From NCBI GenBank assembly GCA_041483895.1, contig JBGPGO010000020.1, positions 1 through 55,511 on the forward strand: a stretch of DNA of 55,511 nt, read 5' to 3'. The notes under the pieces were generated by a model. The model was not told the origin of the DNA, did no database searches, and saw nothing but the letters and a program-made list of their open reading frames with translations. The number at the start of each line of letters is the position of its first letter. Position 1 is the stretch's first letter. Of this stretch, positions 1 through 9,266 are shown in pieces. The stretch is from Fimbriimonadia bacterium (lineage in GTDB: Bacteria; Armatimonadota; Fimbriimonadia; Fimbriimonadales; JABRVX01). Both the position numbers and the translations under genes were made by a program.

Positions 1-103
1 CCCAACCCTCCCCCTTTTTCCAGAATCGGCAAACGGCTGGAATCGGCAGACGGAAAAAAGGGGAGGGCTTCCTCTTCCCTCCCCCGCAAGCGGGGGAGGG
101 AAG
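1..103. repeat. Palindromic REP-like repeat family B (CCCTCCCCCGC-AA-GCGGGGGAGGG)
   Basis: Hairpin at 74-103 whose core is the exact reverse complement of 35906-35929; related CCCTCCCCC arms at 1-67, 1866-1912, 51611-51640. Confidence 0.75.
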
Positions 104-119
104 CCCAGGGCAACAGCCG

Positions 120-144
120 CTTCACAGTGCGACTGTGAAGGGAT
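120..144. repeat. Palindromic repeat family A (CTTCACAGT-GCG-ACTGTGAAG)
   Basis: Perfect 9-bp stem, 3-nt loop; recurs at 4701, 4821, 7900. Confidence 0.8.
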
Positions 145-171
145 AAGGGACGCCTGTTGCGCGGAAACCGA

Positions 172-732
172 CTAAACGTGCACGGCAGCGAGGGAGATGT
201 TGACTTCGTCCGGATCGAAATCACCAGGATCGAAATCGTAGCCGATCCAATCGCGATACATTTCGTGATCCTCGTGCGCCGGGTCGCGCAGCGCCTCGAG
301 GAAATTGATGTACCCGTCCGGCCCCCCAACGTCCTCCGGCGGACAAGCGCCCGCACCCACCCAGCAGTAGGGGTACCGCTTCTTTCGGTTTGGCTTGCAA
401 ACTCGCTCCACCTCGACGTTGTGCACCCAATAATCGCCGTAGTCGTACACATACTTAAACGTGTACCCAGGCTCGGTGACAAACGTGGATAGCCGCACCC
501 GGCGTTCGTCGATGGTATCAGCCCGTTCCAACTCCGGATTGACGATCCCATATTCCGAGTCGCCGAATCGGAATTCATGGAGGTGGCGATTTTCCCAACC
601 CATCACGCGCTGAAACACTTGATGCAGTTTTGGCAGCGTGATCTTGGCCGGAACGAGCACGCGCCGCCAAATGAATGGCCGAATTTCATCCAGGCTGATC
701 AACAGATGGCAGATTGGGCCCGTATCCACCAT
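172..732 (-). CDS. Plasmid pRiA4b ORF-3 family protein
   Basis: IWRRVLVP..TL.KLH..Q..MGW...HLHEF, YVYDYGDYW.H, GACPPEDVGG motifs. Confidence 0.85.
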   Translation of the reverse strand: MVDTGPICHLLISLDEIRPFIWRRVLVPAKITLPKLHQVFQRVMGWENRHLHEFRFGDSEYGIVNPELERADTIDERRVRLSTFVTEPGYTFKYVYDYGDYWVHNVEVERVCKPNRKKRYPYCWVGAGACPPEDVGGPDGYINFLEALRDPAHEDHEMYRDWIGYDFDPGDFDPDEVNISLAAVHV

Positions 733-734
733 GA

Positions 735-1781
735 CTACAGCCGGTAGTCCCCCGTGTGTGCGTCCTCGATGTATGCCGCGAGGAGGTCCACACTGGCCTG
801 GAGGTCCTTCTTATGCACCATCTCGTTCACCGTATGGATGTATCGCGTGGGGATGGAAAGCGTGATGCTGGCCGTGCCGCCCCGCGAACGCTGAATCGCC
901 CCCGCATCCGTACCGCCACGCGGCAGAACTTCCATCTGATACGGGATCCCGTGCCGCTCCGCGACATCACGGAAATGATCCACCAGTTTATGATTGCAGA
1001 TGAGCGACCCGTCCATGATTTTGATCGCCGTCCCCTGCCCCAATTTGGTCACCGCATCCACGTCGGTCGGGCCGGGATAATCGTTCGCCAACGTCACGTC
1101 CAGCGCCACGCCGATATCCGGATCGATGTCATACGCCGCGGTCTGAGCGCCACGCAGCCCCACCTCTTCCTGCACCGTCGCGACCGCATACAGATCAACT
1201 TCATGGGTGCGCGCGGCCTTCACCGCCTCGATCATCACATACACGCCGACTCTATCATCCATCGTCTTGCACACATAGGTGTCGCCGCACTCTTCCATCT
1301 TGCGGTCCATCGTCACCATGTCGCCCAACCGAATCTTCTCTTTCACCTCATCGATCGGCATACCCAAATCCACGAAAAAACTGTCCAGTTGCGGCGGCTG
1401 CTTTCGCTCCTCGTCGGTCAGCATATGGATCGGTTTGTTGCCATAGGTAAGCACGCCGGGGTACACTCCCTTCGCCGTCGTCACCTTCACGCGCTGCGCA
1501 AACATCTGGCGCGGATCGAACCCCCCAAGCGGTTGCAGGCGCACAAATCCCTTGTCGTCCACATATTTGACCATGAAGCCGATCTCGTCCATGTGCCCCG
1601 CGATCATCAGCTTCTTCCGGCCACCCCCCTTCTTGAAGCAGACCACGTTTCCCAAGGCGTCGGTGGTCATCTCGTCCACGTGCGGGCCCAATTCTTCGCG
1701 CACGATCTCCCGTATCGCCTCTTCCCTTCCGGGTATTCCGGTGCCCTCCACCAACTTCCGCAGCAACTCGACGTTTGCCAT
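735..1781 (-). CDS. M42 family metallo-aminopeptidase
   Basis: [43 protein letters not shown] at 1781 with GGAGG upstream. Confidence 0.9.
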   Translation of the reverse strand: MANVELLRKLVEGTGIPGREEAIREIVREELGPHVDEMTTDALGNVVCFKKGGGRKKLMIAGHMDEIGFMVKYVDDKGFVRLQPLGGFDPRQMFAQRVKVTTAKGVYPGVLTYGNKPIHMLTDEERKQPPQLDSFFVDLGMPIDEVKEKIRLGDMVTMDRKMEECGDTYVCKTMDDRVGVYVMIEAVKAARTHEVDLYAVATVQEEVGLRGAQTAAYDIDPDIGVALDVTLANDYPGPTDVDAVTKLGQGTAIKIMDGSLICNHKLVDHFRDVAERHGIPYQMEVLPRGGTDAGAIQRSRGGTASITLSIPTRYIHTVNEMVHKKDLQASVDLLAAYIEDAHTGDYRL

Positions 1782-1865
1782 GTTTCCTCCGTTTTTGCTT
1801 TTGGTTTCGGCGCAGTCGCGGGGTCCCCTGCCGGTAACGGTGCGGGGATGGCCCGCGATGAAAAA

Positions 1866-1912
1866 CCCCCACCCTAGCCCTCCCCCTTGCTCGTTCCTCG
1901 CAAGAGGGAGGG
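1866..1912. repeat. Repeat family B copy
   Basis: CCCCCACCCTAGCCCTCCCCCTTGC...GCAAGAGGGAGGG hairpin in divergent intergenic region. Confidence 0.6.
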
Positions 1913-1932
1913 AACTCTCGTATGGAATAGGG

Positions 1933-2412
1933 ATGAACGTGTGGAAGCGATTTTGGTATCTGGCGGTCTTGGGGCTGGCCGAGTGGGTGTTCCTGCATGG
2001 ACTGCCGACTGCCGGCCGCTCGTGGCCCCTATCGCGCCCGGAGGCCGCCTGGCGCCGGATGCTCAGCCCGGAGCAGTACCATATCCTGCGGCGGGCGGGG
2101 ACGGAGCAGGCGTTTTCCGGCAAGTATTGGAACAACCACGAAGCCGGGAAGTACCTCTGCGCCGGGTGCGGGCAGAGGCTGTTCTCCTCGGAGACCAAGT
2201 TCGACTCCGGCACCGGATGGCCCAGTTTCTGGGAGCCGCTTGCCGGCGCCATCGCTACCCAAGACGATACGAGCTTCTTCATCCACCGGGTGGAGGTCCG
2301 TTGCAGCCGGTGTGGCGGGCATCTGGGGCATGTCTTCGACGACGGCCCCAGGCCGACCGGGCAGCGATATTGCATTAACTCCGGCGCGCTCACATTCCAA
2401 CATGCCCGATAG
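1933..2412 (+). CDS. msrB: Methionine-R-sulfoxide reductase B with hydrophobic N-terminal leader
   Basis: [47 protein letters not shown]. Confidence 0.9.
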   Translation: MNVWKRFWYLAVLGLAEWVFLHGLPTAGRSWPLSRPEAAWRRMLSPEQYHILRRAGTEQAFSGKYWNNHEAGKYLCAGCGQRLFSSETKFDSGTGWPSFWEPLAGAIATQDDTSFFIHRVEVRCSRCGGHLGHVFDDGPRPTGQRYCINSGALTFQHAR

Positions 2413-2477
2413 TCGCTGAGGCGGGAACCTCAACGCCACCCGCGGCGTTTAGATGGGTGGACAACGAGGAGGAATCG

Positions 2478-2873
2478 ATGAGCGACGGTACAAGAACCGA
2501 AGAGGAGTGGAGGCGACTCCTAACCCCCGAGCAGTATCACATCCTGCGCGAGAAGGGCACCGAGCCTGCCTTCACCGGCGAATTTTGGGACAATCACGAA
2601 AGTGGAATGTACGCCTGCGCGGGTTGCGGAGCGGAGCTGTTTTCGTCTGAGAACAAGTTCGATTCCGGCTCCGGCTGGCCCAGCTTTTGGACCGCACTCG
2701 GCAACGACAAAATCAAGCTGGAGGACGACCGCGGCCACGGCATGGTTCGCATCGAAGTGCAGTGCGCCAATTGCGGCGGGCATCTGGGACATCTGTTCGA
2801 AGACGGGCCCCAACCGACCGGGCAGCGATTTTGCATCAATTCGGCCTGCCTAACCTTTCAGGAGGAGGAATAG
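2478..2873 (+). CDS. msrB: Methionine-R-sulfoxide reductase B, cytoplasmic
   Basis: GAGGAGG RBS; same motifs (CAGC, GWPSF, CANC, RFCINS); no leader. Confidence 0.92.
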   Translation: MSDGTRTEEEWRRLLTPEQYHILREKGTEPAFTGEFWDNHESGMYACAGCGAELFSSENKFDSGSGWPSFWTALGNDKIKLEDDRGHGMVRIEVQCANCGGHLGHLFEDGPQPTGQRFCINSACLTFQEEE

Positions 2874-2887
2874 ATGAAAGAGATTTC

Positions 2888-2947
2888 TGGAGGGCTGCGC
2901 TCCGTCGCAGCCGTACGGAATTGGCTGCGACGGAGCGCAGCCCTCCA
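2888..2947. repeat. REP doublet family D (TGGAG + hairpin, inverted pair)
   Basis: Perfect 25-bp inverted repeat TGGAGGGCTGCGCTCCGTCGCAGCC with 10-nt spacer. Confidence 0.8.
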
Positions 2948-2963
2948 CGTCTTGGCAGGTGCC

Positions 2964-3437
2964 ATGCGGCGACGACGGCGCGTCGTCCTCCACGCCTTGG
3001 CAGCCATGATCGTAGTGTTCGCCATCGGTGCCTTCGCCCAGACACCGAAGAAGATCGTCAAATCCGACGCCGAGTGGAAGAAGGTTCTGACGAAGGCGCA
3101 GTACCACGTCCTGCGCGAAAAGGGGACCGAGCGGCCATACACGGGCAAGTATTGGGACAACCACGAACAGGGCACATACGTCTGCATCACCTGCGGCCAG
3201 GAGCTGTTCAGCTCGGCCACGAAATTCGAATCCGGAACCGGCTGGCCCAGCTTCTACCAGCCCATCGCCAAGGGCAAAGTGGATGAACGCACAGACCGCA
3301 GCCTGGGGATGGAACGGACCGAGCTCCTATGCAGCCGGTGCGGCGGGCACCTCGGGCACGTGTTCGACGACGGTCCCAAGCCGACCGGCCTACGATATTG
3401 TATCAATTCTGTCTGCCTAAACTTCAAAAAGAAGTAG
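2964..3437 (+). CDS. msrB: Methionine-R-sulfoxide reductase B with signal peptide (start uncertain: 2874, 2964 or 3006)
   Basis: [26 protein letters not shown] leader; CITC, GWPSF, CSRC, RYCINS. Confidence 0.88.
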   Translation: MRRRRRVVLHALAAMIVVFAIGAFAQTPKKIVKSDAEWKKVLTKAQYHVLREKGTERPYTGKYWDNHEQGTYVCITCGQELFSSATKFESGTGWPSFYQPIAKGKVDERTDRSLGMERTELLCSRCGGHLGHVFDDGPKPTGLRYCINSVCLNFKKK

Positions 3438-3473
3438 TACAATACTATTGATAGGATTGCAAGAGGAGGCATC

Positions 3474-4673
3474 ATGAGATTTATCGTTCTAACGTCGCTG
3501 GCCGCAATGACCTTGGCGGCTTCGGCGGCTACGGATATCAAGTTTATGTCCAAAGGCGTTACCGCATTGTCAGGGGGCTATCGGCCGATCGGTTTAGCCG
3601 TGGGCGACCAGCGACCGGCGGGATTGACCGGCGGCCCGCAAGGCAAGGGGGTCTCCTATGCCACGCTGGCCTTCGGCATAGCCAAGAAGAACTACGTTTT
3701 TGTAATTAACGAAACAAATGTGGACAACCCGACCGCCTACTTCGATGCCAATGGCGACAACAAGATCGCCCCGACCGAGAAGATTGACTGGAAGGCCAAC
3801 AAGTCCCAAACGGGCGATGTGGCCCTCTATATGGGTTCCGCGGCTGTCCAAGCCGGCGGCAAGGAATACGGCCTCGGCGTCTACAAATTCACCGCCGCGG
3901 AGCGGGCCCGGCGGAATAACATGCCGGACAAGGTGTTCTACTACGCCGACTATGGGTTGACCGGTTCGCTCAGCCTAGGCGGAAAGGCCTACAAAGTTCT
4001 CATCACCGACGGCGCCGGCACGGGCGACTTGGCGGCAGCGGGCGGCAATCTGATGATCGATCGGAATGGCAACGGCAAGTTCGGTGACAAGGGTGAGGCG
4101 TATCAGGCGGGTAAGCCGTTCAATATCGACGGCACCACCTATCAGCTAACAGGCCTTAGCACCGGCGTCATCGCCGTTGCAACGTCGAGGGAAACGGTGC
4201 CCGAGCAGAAAATGGCGCCGAACCTGAGTCCAGGGGCGTCTGTCCCGACTTGGACCATGAAGGATACGGAAGGGAACGCCGTCAACTTCCCAGCGGACTA
4301 TAAGGGCAAGCTGGTCTTGCTGGACTTTTGGGCAACATGGTGCGGTCCGTGCCGCGCGGAGCTCCCCAATGTCGTGACCAACTTCAATAAGTATCACGGT
4401 CAGGGCCTGGAGATCGTCAGCATCTCGCTGGACCAGGCAAACCAGATCGATGCCGTGAAGAAGTTCGCATCGGAGAACGGCATGGCTTGGCGGCATGTGT
4501 ATGACGGTAAGTACTGGTCGGCGGAGATCGCGGACCTGTACGGCATTCAATCCATTCCCGCCATGTTCCTCATCGACGGCAACACCGGCAAGGTGCTGGC
4601 GAGCGGTGGCGAGATTCGCGGGGAGAACCTTTCTCCGGCGATCGAAAAAGCGTTCACGGCCATAAAGCACTGA
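3474..4673 (+). CDS. Exported TlpA/ResA-like thiol-disulfide oxidoreductase with N-terminal extra domain
   Basis: Signal peptide; LVLLDFWATWCGPC, IQSIPAMFLID; GAGGAGG RBS. Confidence 0.88.
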   Translation: MRFIVLTSLAAMTLAASAATDIKFMSKGVTALSGGYRPIGLAVGDQRPAGLTGGPQGKGVSYATLAFGIAKKNYVFVINETNVDNPTAYFDANGDNKIAPTEKIDWKANKSQTGDVALYMGSAAVQAGGKEYGLGVYKFTAAERARRNNMPDKVFYYADYGLTGSLSLGGKAYKVLITDGAGTGDLAAAGGNLMIDRNGNGKFGDKGEAYQAGKPFNIDGTTYQLTGLSTGVIAVATSRETVPEQKMAPNLSPGASVPTWTMKDTEGNAVNFPADYKGKLVLLDFWATWCGPCRAELPNVVTNFNKYHGQGLEIVSISLDQANQIDAVKKFASENGMAWRHVYDGKYWSAEIADLYGIQSIPAMFLIDGNTGKVLASGGEIRGENLSPAIEKAFTAIKH

Positions 4674-4698
4674 GAATCAGATGCAAATCATCGCAATC

Positions 4699-4733
4699 AA
4701 TCCCTTCGCAGTGCGACTGTGAAGGGATTTTTG
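4699..4733 (+). terminator. Family A palindrome followed by T-run, probable intrinsic terminator
   Basis: AATCCCTTCGCAGT-GCG-ACTGTGAAGGGATT then T-run, about 25 nt after the TlpA stop. Confidence 0.5.
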
Positions 4734-4793
4734 TAGTCGAACTCTGAGGTTTTTGTGTTCCTGATTTCACAAGAGAGTCGGCCCCTCCGGATA

Positions 4794-4846
4794 TCCCTTT
4801 GCAGTCGCAAACGCATTAAATCCCTTCACAGTCGCACTGTGAAGGG
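4794..4846. repeat. Repeat family A, half copy plus full copy
   Basis: TCCCTTTGCAGTCGCA..TCCCTTCACAGTCGCACTGTGAAGGG. Confidence 0.75.
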
Positions 4847-4909
4847 CTCTTTCCAAGGGTAAAACGTCCCTGCCCCGTACCATGCAACCGGCGAAAAGCA
4901 TCCATTTGC

Positions 4910-4938
4910 TTGACACAACTCTCTATCGTTGATAGAAT
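4910..4938 (+). promoter_or_regulatory. sigma70-type promoter for S8 peptidase gene
   Basis: TTGACA-17 nt-TAGAAT with extended -10 TG. Confidence 0.7.
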
Positions 4939-4961
4939 GGAGCATACACTTCGGAGGAACC

Positions 4962-7856
4962 ATGATGATACGCCATGCCTTTCTCATCTGTTCGGCGTGT
5001 TGGCTGTCTGCCTGTGCGCACGCCTCGCAAGCGATCCCGACCGGCACGACCATGCTCGGACAGAAGTATGCGCTCGGCCGAATGCTCGTCGGCTTCAAGA
5101 GCGGCGTATACCCACAGCTACGCCGGGGTTCCGCGATGTTTGGCGGACAGGTCGATCGATCGCTGGTCGGCGGAAGAGCCGTGGTCGTCCTCTTACCGAC
5201 CTCAGTCAACCTCAGCACAATGCTGACGGTAGCCGCGAGCGATCCGAGAGTTCTCTATGCCGAGCCTGACTGGATCGTGAAGGGCCACGAAACCCCCAAC
5301 GACCCACTGTTCGACTTCCAATGGAACCTTAAGAAGGTCGCATGCGAGTGGGCATGGGATGTGAAAAAGAGCAGCCTCGCCATCGAGATCGCGATCCTCG
5401 ATTCGGGAGTGAACGTGTCGCACCCAGATCTCATGGGCCAAGTGATGGCAGGCGGGCACGACTACGTCAACAATGACAGTATTCCCAATGACGACAACGG
5501 CCACGGGACCATGGTGGCGGGGATCGCCTGCGCGGGTTCGAATAATTCGGACGGCATCGCGGGCGCCGCATGGCGCTGCTCCTTTTTGCCGATGAAAGTG
5601 CTCAACGCCTCCCTCGACGGGCTGGTCTCCAACGTGGTTGCGGCGATCGATGACTCGGTGGCCGCTGGGGTCCACATCATCAACATGAGCCTTGGCACAA
5701 CATCCTTTAGCTACACTCTGCAAACCAGCGTCAACAACGCTCACTCGGCCGGCGTGATGTGCATCGCTTCCGCGGGCAACGACGGATCATACCAACCCGT
5801 CTATCCCGCGGCTTTCACCAATTGCATGGGGGTTGCTTCGACTTCGTACACAGACACACTGAATTCCGATTCCAACTATGGCAATTGGGTGAGCATTGCC
5901 GCGCCCGGCAGTTGGATCTATTCGACCGTGAACAACACGTATGGATATGGATCCGGCACATCATTTGCCGCCCCGTTGGTGGCCGGGATTGCGGCGATCA
6001 TGTATCAGAAATACGTCGCGTCCAAAGGCACCGCCGCGGCCGATTCGATTCGGCAGCTATTGGAAAGCACCGCGGTCGATCTCGGACTGCCGATCGCGGG
6101 CGGACGCCTCGATGCCCACTCAGCAGTCCGCGCAAACGAGACCGTCGTCGCGACCTGGACGGCAACGTACGACTCCGGGTACGGCGATGATGAGGCGTTC
6201 GACGTCGTCTGCGACAGCTCGGGCAACTCTTATGTGATCGGTTCCACACCAGGCAGCTCCGGCGTCGGCACCGACAACAACGATTTCATTACTCTCAAAT
6301 ATTCGGAGGCAGGCGCCCTGATTTGGTCCACAACTCTGAACGAGGCCAATCGAAACGACATTGGTCAAAAGGTCGTTCTGGATCCTTCCGGAGCGTTGTA
6401 CGTCGCCGGTTCAACCGAGAACTTCACGGGTTTTGTCGATGCGGGAATCACGATCGCCAAGATCGACCGCTCCACAGGCGCCGAAGTCTGGAGGCGCAGG
6501 ATACCAGCCGGCGCGAATGGCACAAGCCACGTGGATGCGCTGATGTTTGATCCCGCAGGGTACGTGACGGTGGTCGGTTCGTTGCGACAAGGCACCGGCG
6601 CGGCGGACATTGTGGTGGCAAAATACGACTTAGCCGGCACGCAATCTTGGCAAAAGAGCATCGATCTCGGCCAACGCGAATCTGCCTCCGATGCCAAGCT
6701 CGATCCCGCCGGGAATACCTACGTCGTCGGCACAACCGGCGGCGCCGCACCGGATACCAACGATTGGGTCGTCCGGCGGCTCGATCCGGCAGGCAATACG
6801 TCCTGGACAAAGACGGTGGCCGGTCAAGCCGGGCAAGAGGACGGCGGCCGCTCCATCGCCGTGGATTCCTACGGCAACTCGTTTGTCGTCGGAGAGACCA
6901 CCGATACGTTCAATGGACTCGATCGCACGACCATCGCCTATAACAGCGCCGGCACGTTTCTATGGGAAGACGACTACAATTCGCCAGGGCAGTACGACGT
7001 GGCAACACCGTCTTTCGCGGGCGTTGATCAAAATGGCGACCTGATCACCATGGGCCGGTCCGGGGCAGCAAGCCCAGCACCGCTCAACTTCACCAAATTC
7101 GATGGCCCATCCGGTAATCTCGATTGGCTGAGCGAGCTCGCGGGGTCTTACTCGGGCGTTGGCGATGCAACACTGGATGCCGACGGAACAATCTTTGCGT
7201 GCATGAACTTTGGCGCGGCCCTCGGCGCGGTCAAATTCGATAACGCCGGTGTTTTCCGGTGGGCCGCCGCCTATGCTGCAGGAGGAAACACAGTGTTGGG
7301 GAACGCCCTGGCCAATGGCCCGAATGACGAAACAACCATCGTCGGTCGGCAGCGAAACAACACGACTATGGACAAGGATCTTTTGGTTGTCCGCGTCCAA
7401 GTGGCGGAGGGCGGCGGAACCACGACCGGCACTCTGGGTGGACACATCGATCTCGATCAGTATGCCGGGACCGACCCGCTCATCGGTGTCATCGAATTCC
7501 GCAATCCAGGAGCGACAACAGCGTTGGTGACAATTCCGCTGACCGTCGATGCTGCCGGTTTCTTCGCGCCGCTCACCGTGCCGCAGGGCGTCTATGATGT
7601 TGCCGTCTACTTCGAGGGATGGTTGAAGAAGGTCGAGCATACCGTCGTCGTTGCATCGACACCGGTGGATTTCACCACCAGCCTCATCTGCGGCGACGTC
7701 GATGTCAACAATTCGATCGACCTCGGCGACATCAACGTGGTCTTCTTGAATTTCAGTACATCGGGACCGGATGGGGACGCCAATCGGGATTCGTCGGTAG
7801 ACCTTGGAGACCTAAATATCGAATTTATCAGCTTCGCGATTCACGGTGATACGTAG
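4962..7856 (+). CDS. Secreted S8 subtilisin-like protease with beta-propeller repeats and C-terminal dockerin-like module
   Basis: ILDSG, NGHGT, GTSFAAP triad; D.SGN.YV.G repeats; GDVDVNNSIDLGD / GDANRDSSVDLGD. Confidence 0.9.
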   Translation: MMIRHAFLICSACWLSACAHASQAIPTGTTMLGQKYALGRMLVGFKSGVYPQLRRGSAMFGGQVDRSLVGGRAVVVLLPTSVNLSTMLTVAASDPRVLYAEPDWIVKGHETPNDPLFDFQWNLKKVACEWAWDVKKSSLAIEIAILDSGVNVSHPDLMGQVMAGGHDYVNNDSIPNDDNGHGTMVAGIACAGSNNSDGIAGAAWRCSFLPMKVLNASLDGLVSNVVAAIDDSVAAGVHIINMSLGTTSFSYTLQTSVNNAHSAGVMCIASAGNDGSYQPVYPAAFTNCMGVASTSYTDTLNSDSNYGNWVSIAAPGSWIYSTVNNTYGYGSGTSFAAPLVAGIAAIMYQKYVASKGTAAADSIRQLLESTAVDLGLPIAGGRLDAHSAVRANETVVATWTATYDSGYGDDEAFDVVCDSSGNSYVIGSTPGSSGVGTDNNDFITLKYSEAGALIWSTTLNEANRNDIGQKVVLDPSGALYVAGSTENFTGFVDAGITIAKIDRSTGAEVWRRRIPAGANGTSHVDALMFDPAGYVTVVGSLRQGTGAADIVVAKYDLAGTQSWQKSIDLGQRESASDAKLDPAGNTYVVGTTGGAAPDTNDWVVRRLDPAGNTSWTKTVAGQAGQEDGGRSIAVDSYGNSFVVGETTDTFNGLDRTTIAYNSAGTFLWEDDYNSPGQYDVATPSFAGVDQNGDLITMGRSGAASPAPLNFTKFDGPSGNLDWLSELAGSYSGVGDATLDADGTIFACMNFGAALGAVKFDNAGVFRWAAAYAAGGNTVLGNALANGPNDETTIVGRQRNNTTMDKDLLVVRVQVAEGGGTTTGTLGGHIDLDQYAGTDPLIGVIEFRNPGATTALVTIPLTVDAAGFFAPLTVPQGVYDVAVYFEGWLKKVEHTVVVASTPVDFTTSLICGDVDVNNSIDLGDINVVFLNFSTSGPDGDANRDSSVDLGDLNIEFISFAIHGDT

Positions 7857-7875
7857 TGGATTACAGCCGTTCTAT

Positions 7876-7925
7876 CCCATCACAGTCGCACGACCTTTAT
7901 CCCTTCACAGTCGCACTGTGAAGGG
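7876..7925. repeat. Repeat family A, half copy plus full copy
   Basis: TCCCATCACAGTCGCA..TCCCTTCACAGTCGCACTGTGAAGGG between convergent genes. Confidence 0.75.
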
Positions 7926-7929
7926 GCTT

Positions 7930-8610
7930 CTATTCCTGATCGTCGCTGATGATGCGGCCGTCCAGAAATCGCACTTTGCGATGCGCCCATGCTGCGACAT
8001 GGTCCTCGTGGGTCACGACGATCACGGTGCGGCCCGACTCATTTAGATCGCGGAAGATGCCCATGATCTCGACGCCGGTAGCGGAATCGAGGGCTCCTGT
8101 GGGTTCGTCCGCCAACAGTATCTCCGGGTCGTTTACCAGAGCCCGCGCGATGGCGACCCGCTGCTGTTGGCCGCCGCTCAACTCAGATGGCTTGTGGTCC
8201 ATCCGATCGGCCAATCCGACGGTCGCAAGGCATTCCCGGGCGCGACTCTTCAGCCGCGCCCGTTCGCCGAAATGATAGTAGGTCGGCAGCTCAACATTGC
8301 TAAGCGCCGAAACGCGTCCCAGCAAATTGAATTGCTGGAAAACGAATCCGATGTTGTTGCGCCGAACGGCCGCAAGCTCGTCGGCCGTTAGACTCTCAAC
8401 CGCAACTTCATTGAGATGATACGATCCCGAGGTCGGAAAATCGAGGCAGCCAACGATGTTGCAAAACGTGGATTTGCCCGAACCGGAAGGCCCCATGATC
8501 GCGATAAATTCGCCGCGCTCGATATCGAGGGACACGCCGCGGAGGGCATGGACTTCCGTCGAACCCATCACATACACCTTCGTCAGATCGCGTATCTCGA
8601 TCAGAGCCAA
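7930..8610 (-). CDS. ABC transporter ATP-binding protein (MacB/LolD-like)
   Basis: GPSGSGKST, LSGGQQQRVAIARAL, LLADEPTG. Confidence 0.93.
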   Translation of the reverse strand: MALIEIRDLTKVYVMGSTEVHALRGVSLDIERGEFIAIMGPSGSGKSTFCNIVGCLDFPTSGSYHLNEVAVESLTADELAAVRRNNIGFVFQQFNLLGRVSALSNVELPTYYHFGERARLKSRARECLATVGLADRMDHKPSELSGGQQQRVAIARALVNDPEILLADEPTGALDSATGVEIMGIFRDLNESGRTVIVVTHEDHVAAWAHRKVRFLDGRIISDDQE

Positions 8611-8616
8611 TGGCTG

Positions 8617-9243
8617 CTACTTGCCTGCCGCCGCGGTCTTGAGCGCCTTCTGCAAAATGTCCATGTTGGTCTTGGCCCGCTCCTTCATTCGATCCTGTGG
8701 GATCGTGGAGGGGTTCAGAGGGTTATAGTCTTTCGGGCTCGGCATCTTGGACGGATCGAATCCTCTTTGGCCGCCACCGCCGCCGTTCCCCGTCCGATTT
8801 CCGCCATTGCCGCCGCCAAATCCGCCACCGGGCCCACCGCCTCCTGGCCCGCCGCGTCTACGGCCAAATTCCTGTTGCGCCCTCGCCATTACCTTCAGTT
8901 GCGCGGTCGTCAACGGCTTCGTGATGGCGGTGTTGATGGTGCGAGCCTCGGCATCGGTGATGCTCTTCTTAGCCTTCCACTTGTTGAGGACCGCCGATAT
9001 CGTCTTCGCCTGCGCCGCCGTGAACTTGCTCTTGGAGTCCTTGGCAATCGCGTTCAATCCACCCAATGTCTGCTGTAGCGCGGAGACGTTCTTATGATTA
9101 TCGCGCCATTTGCGCCACGCATCCATCTTGGCCTTCATGGCCGGCGTTATCTGGAAATCTCCGCCGCCCTGATTTTGGGCGACAGCCGTTCCCGCGATCG
9201 CGATTGACAATGCAATCGCCAGAATCATTCGCTTATGAAACAT
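8617..9243 (-). CDS. Exported basic helical protein with Gly-rich insert
   Basis: Signal peptide (AVA-Q), RBS, in operon between permease and ATPase. Confidence 0.75.
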   Translation of the reverse strand: MFHKRMILAIALSIAIAGTAVAQNQGGGDFQITPAMKAKMDAWRKWRDNHKNVSALQQTLGGLNAIAKDSKSKFTAAQAKTISAVLNKWKAKKSITDAEARTINTAITKPLTTAQLKVMARAQQEFGRRRGGPGGGGPGGGFGGGNGGNRTGNGGGGGQRGFDPSKMPSPKDYNPLNPSTIPQDRMKERAKTNMDILQKALKTAAAGK

Positions 9244-9266
9244 CCTTCATTCCTCCTGATAGTGAA

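Noticed and set aside
1782..2393. N-terminal extension of the 552-aa M42 ORF
   Set aside because: Antisense to msrB1; real start with RBS at 1781
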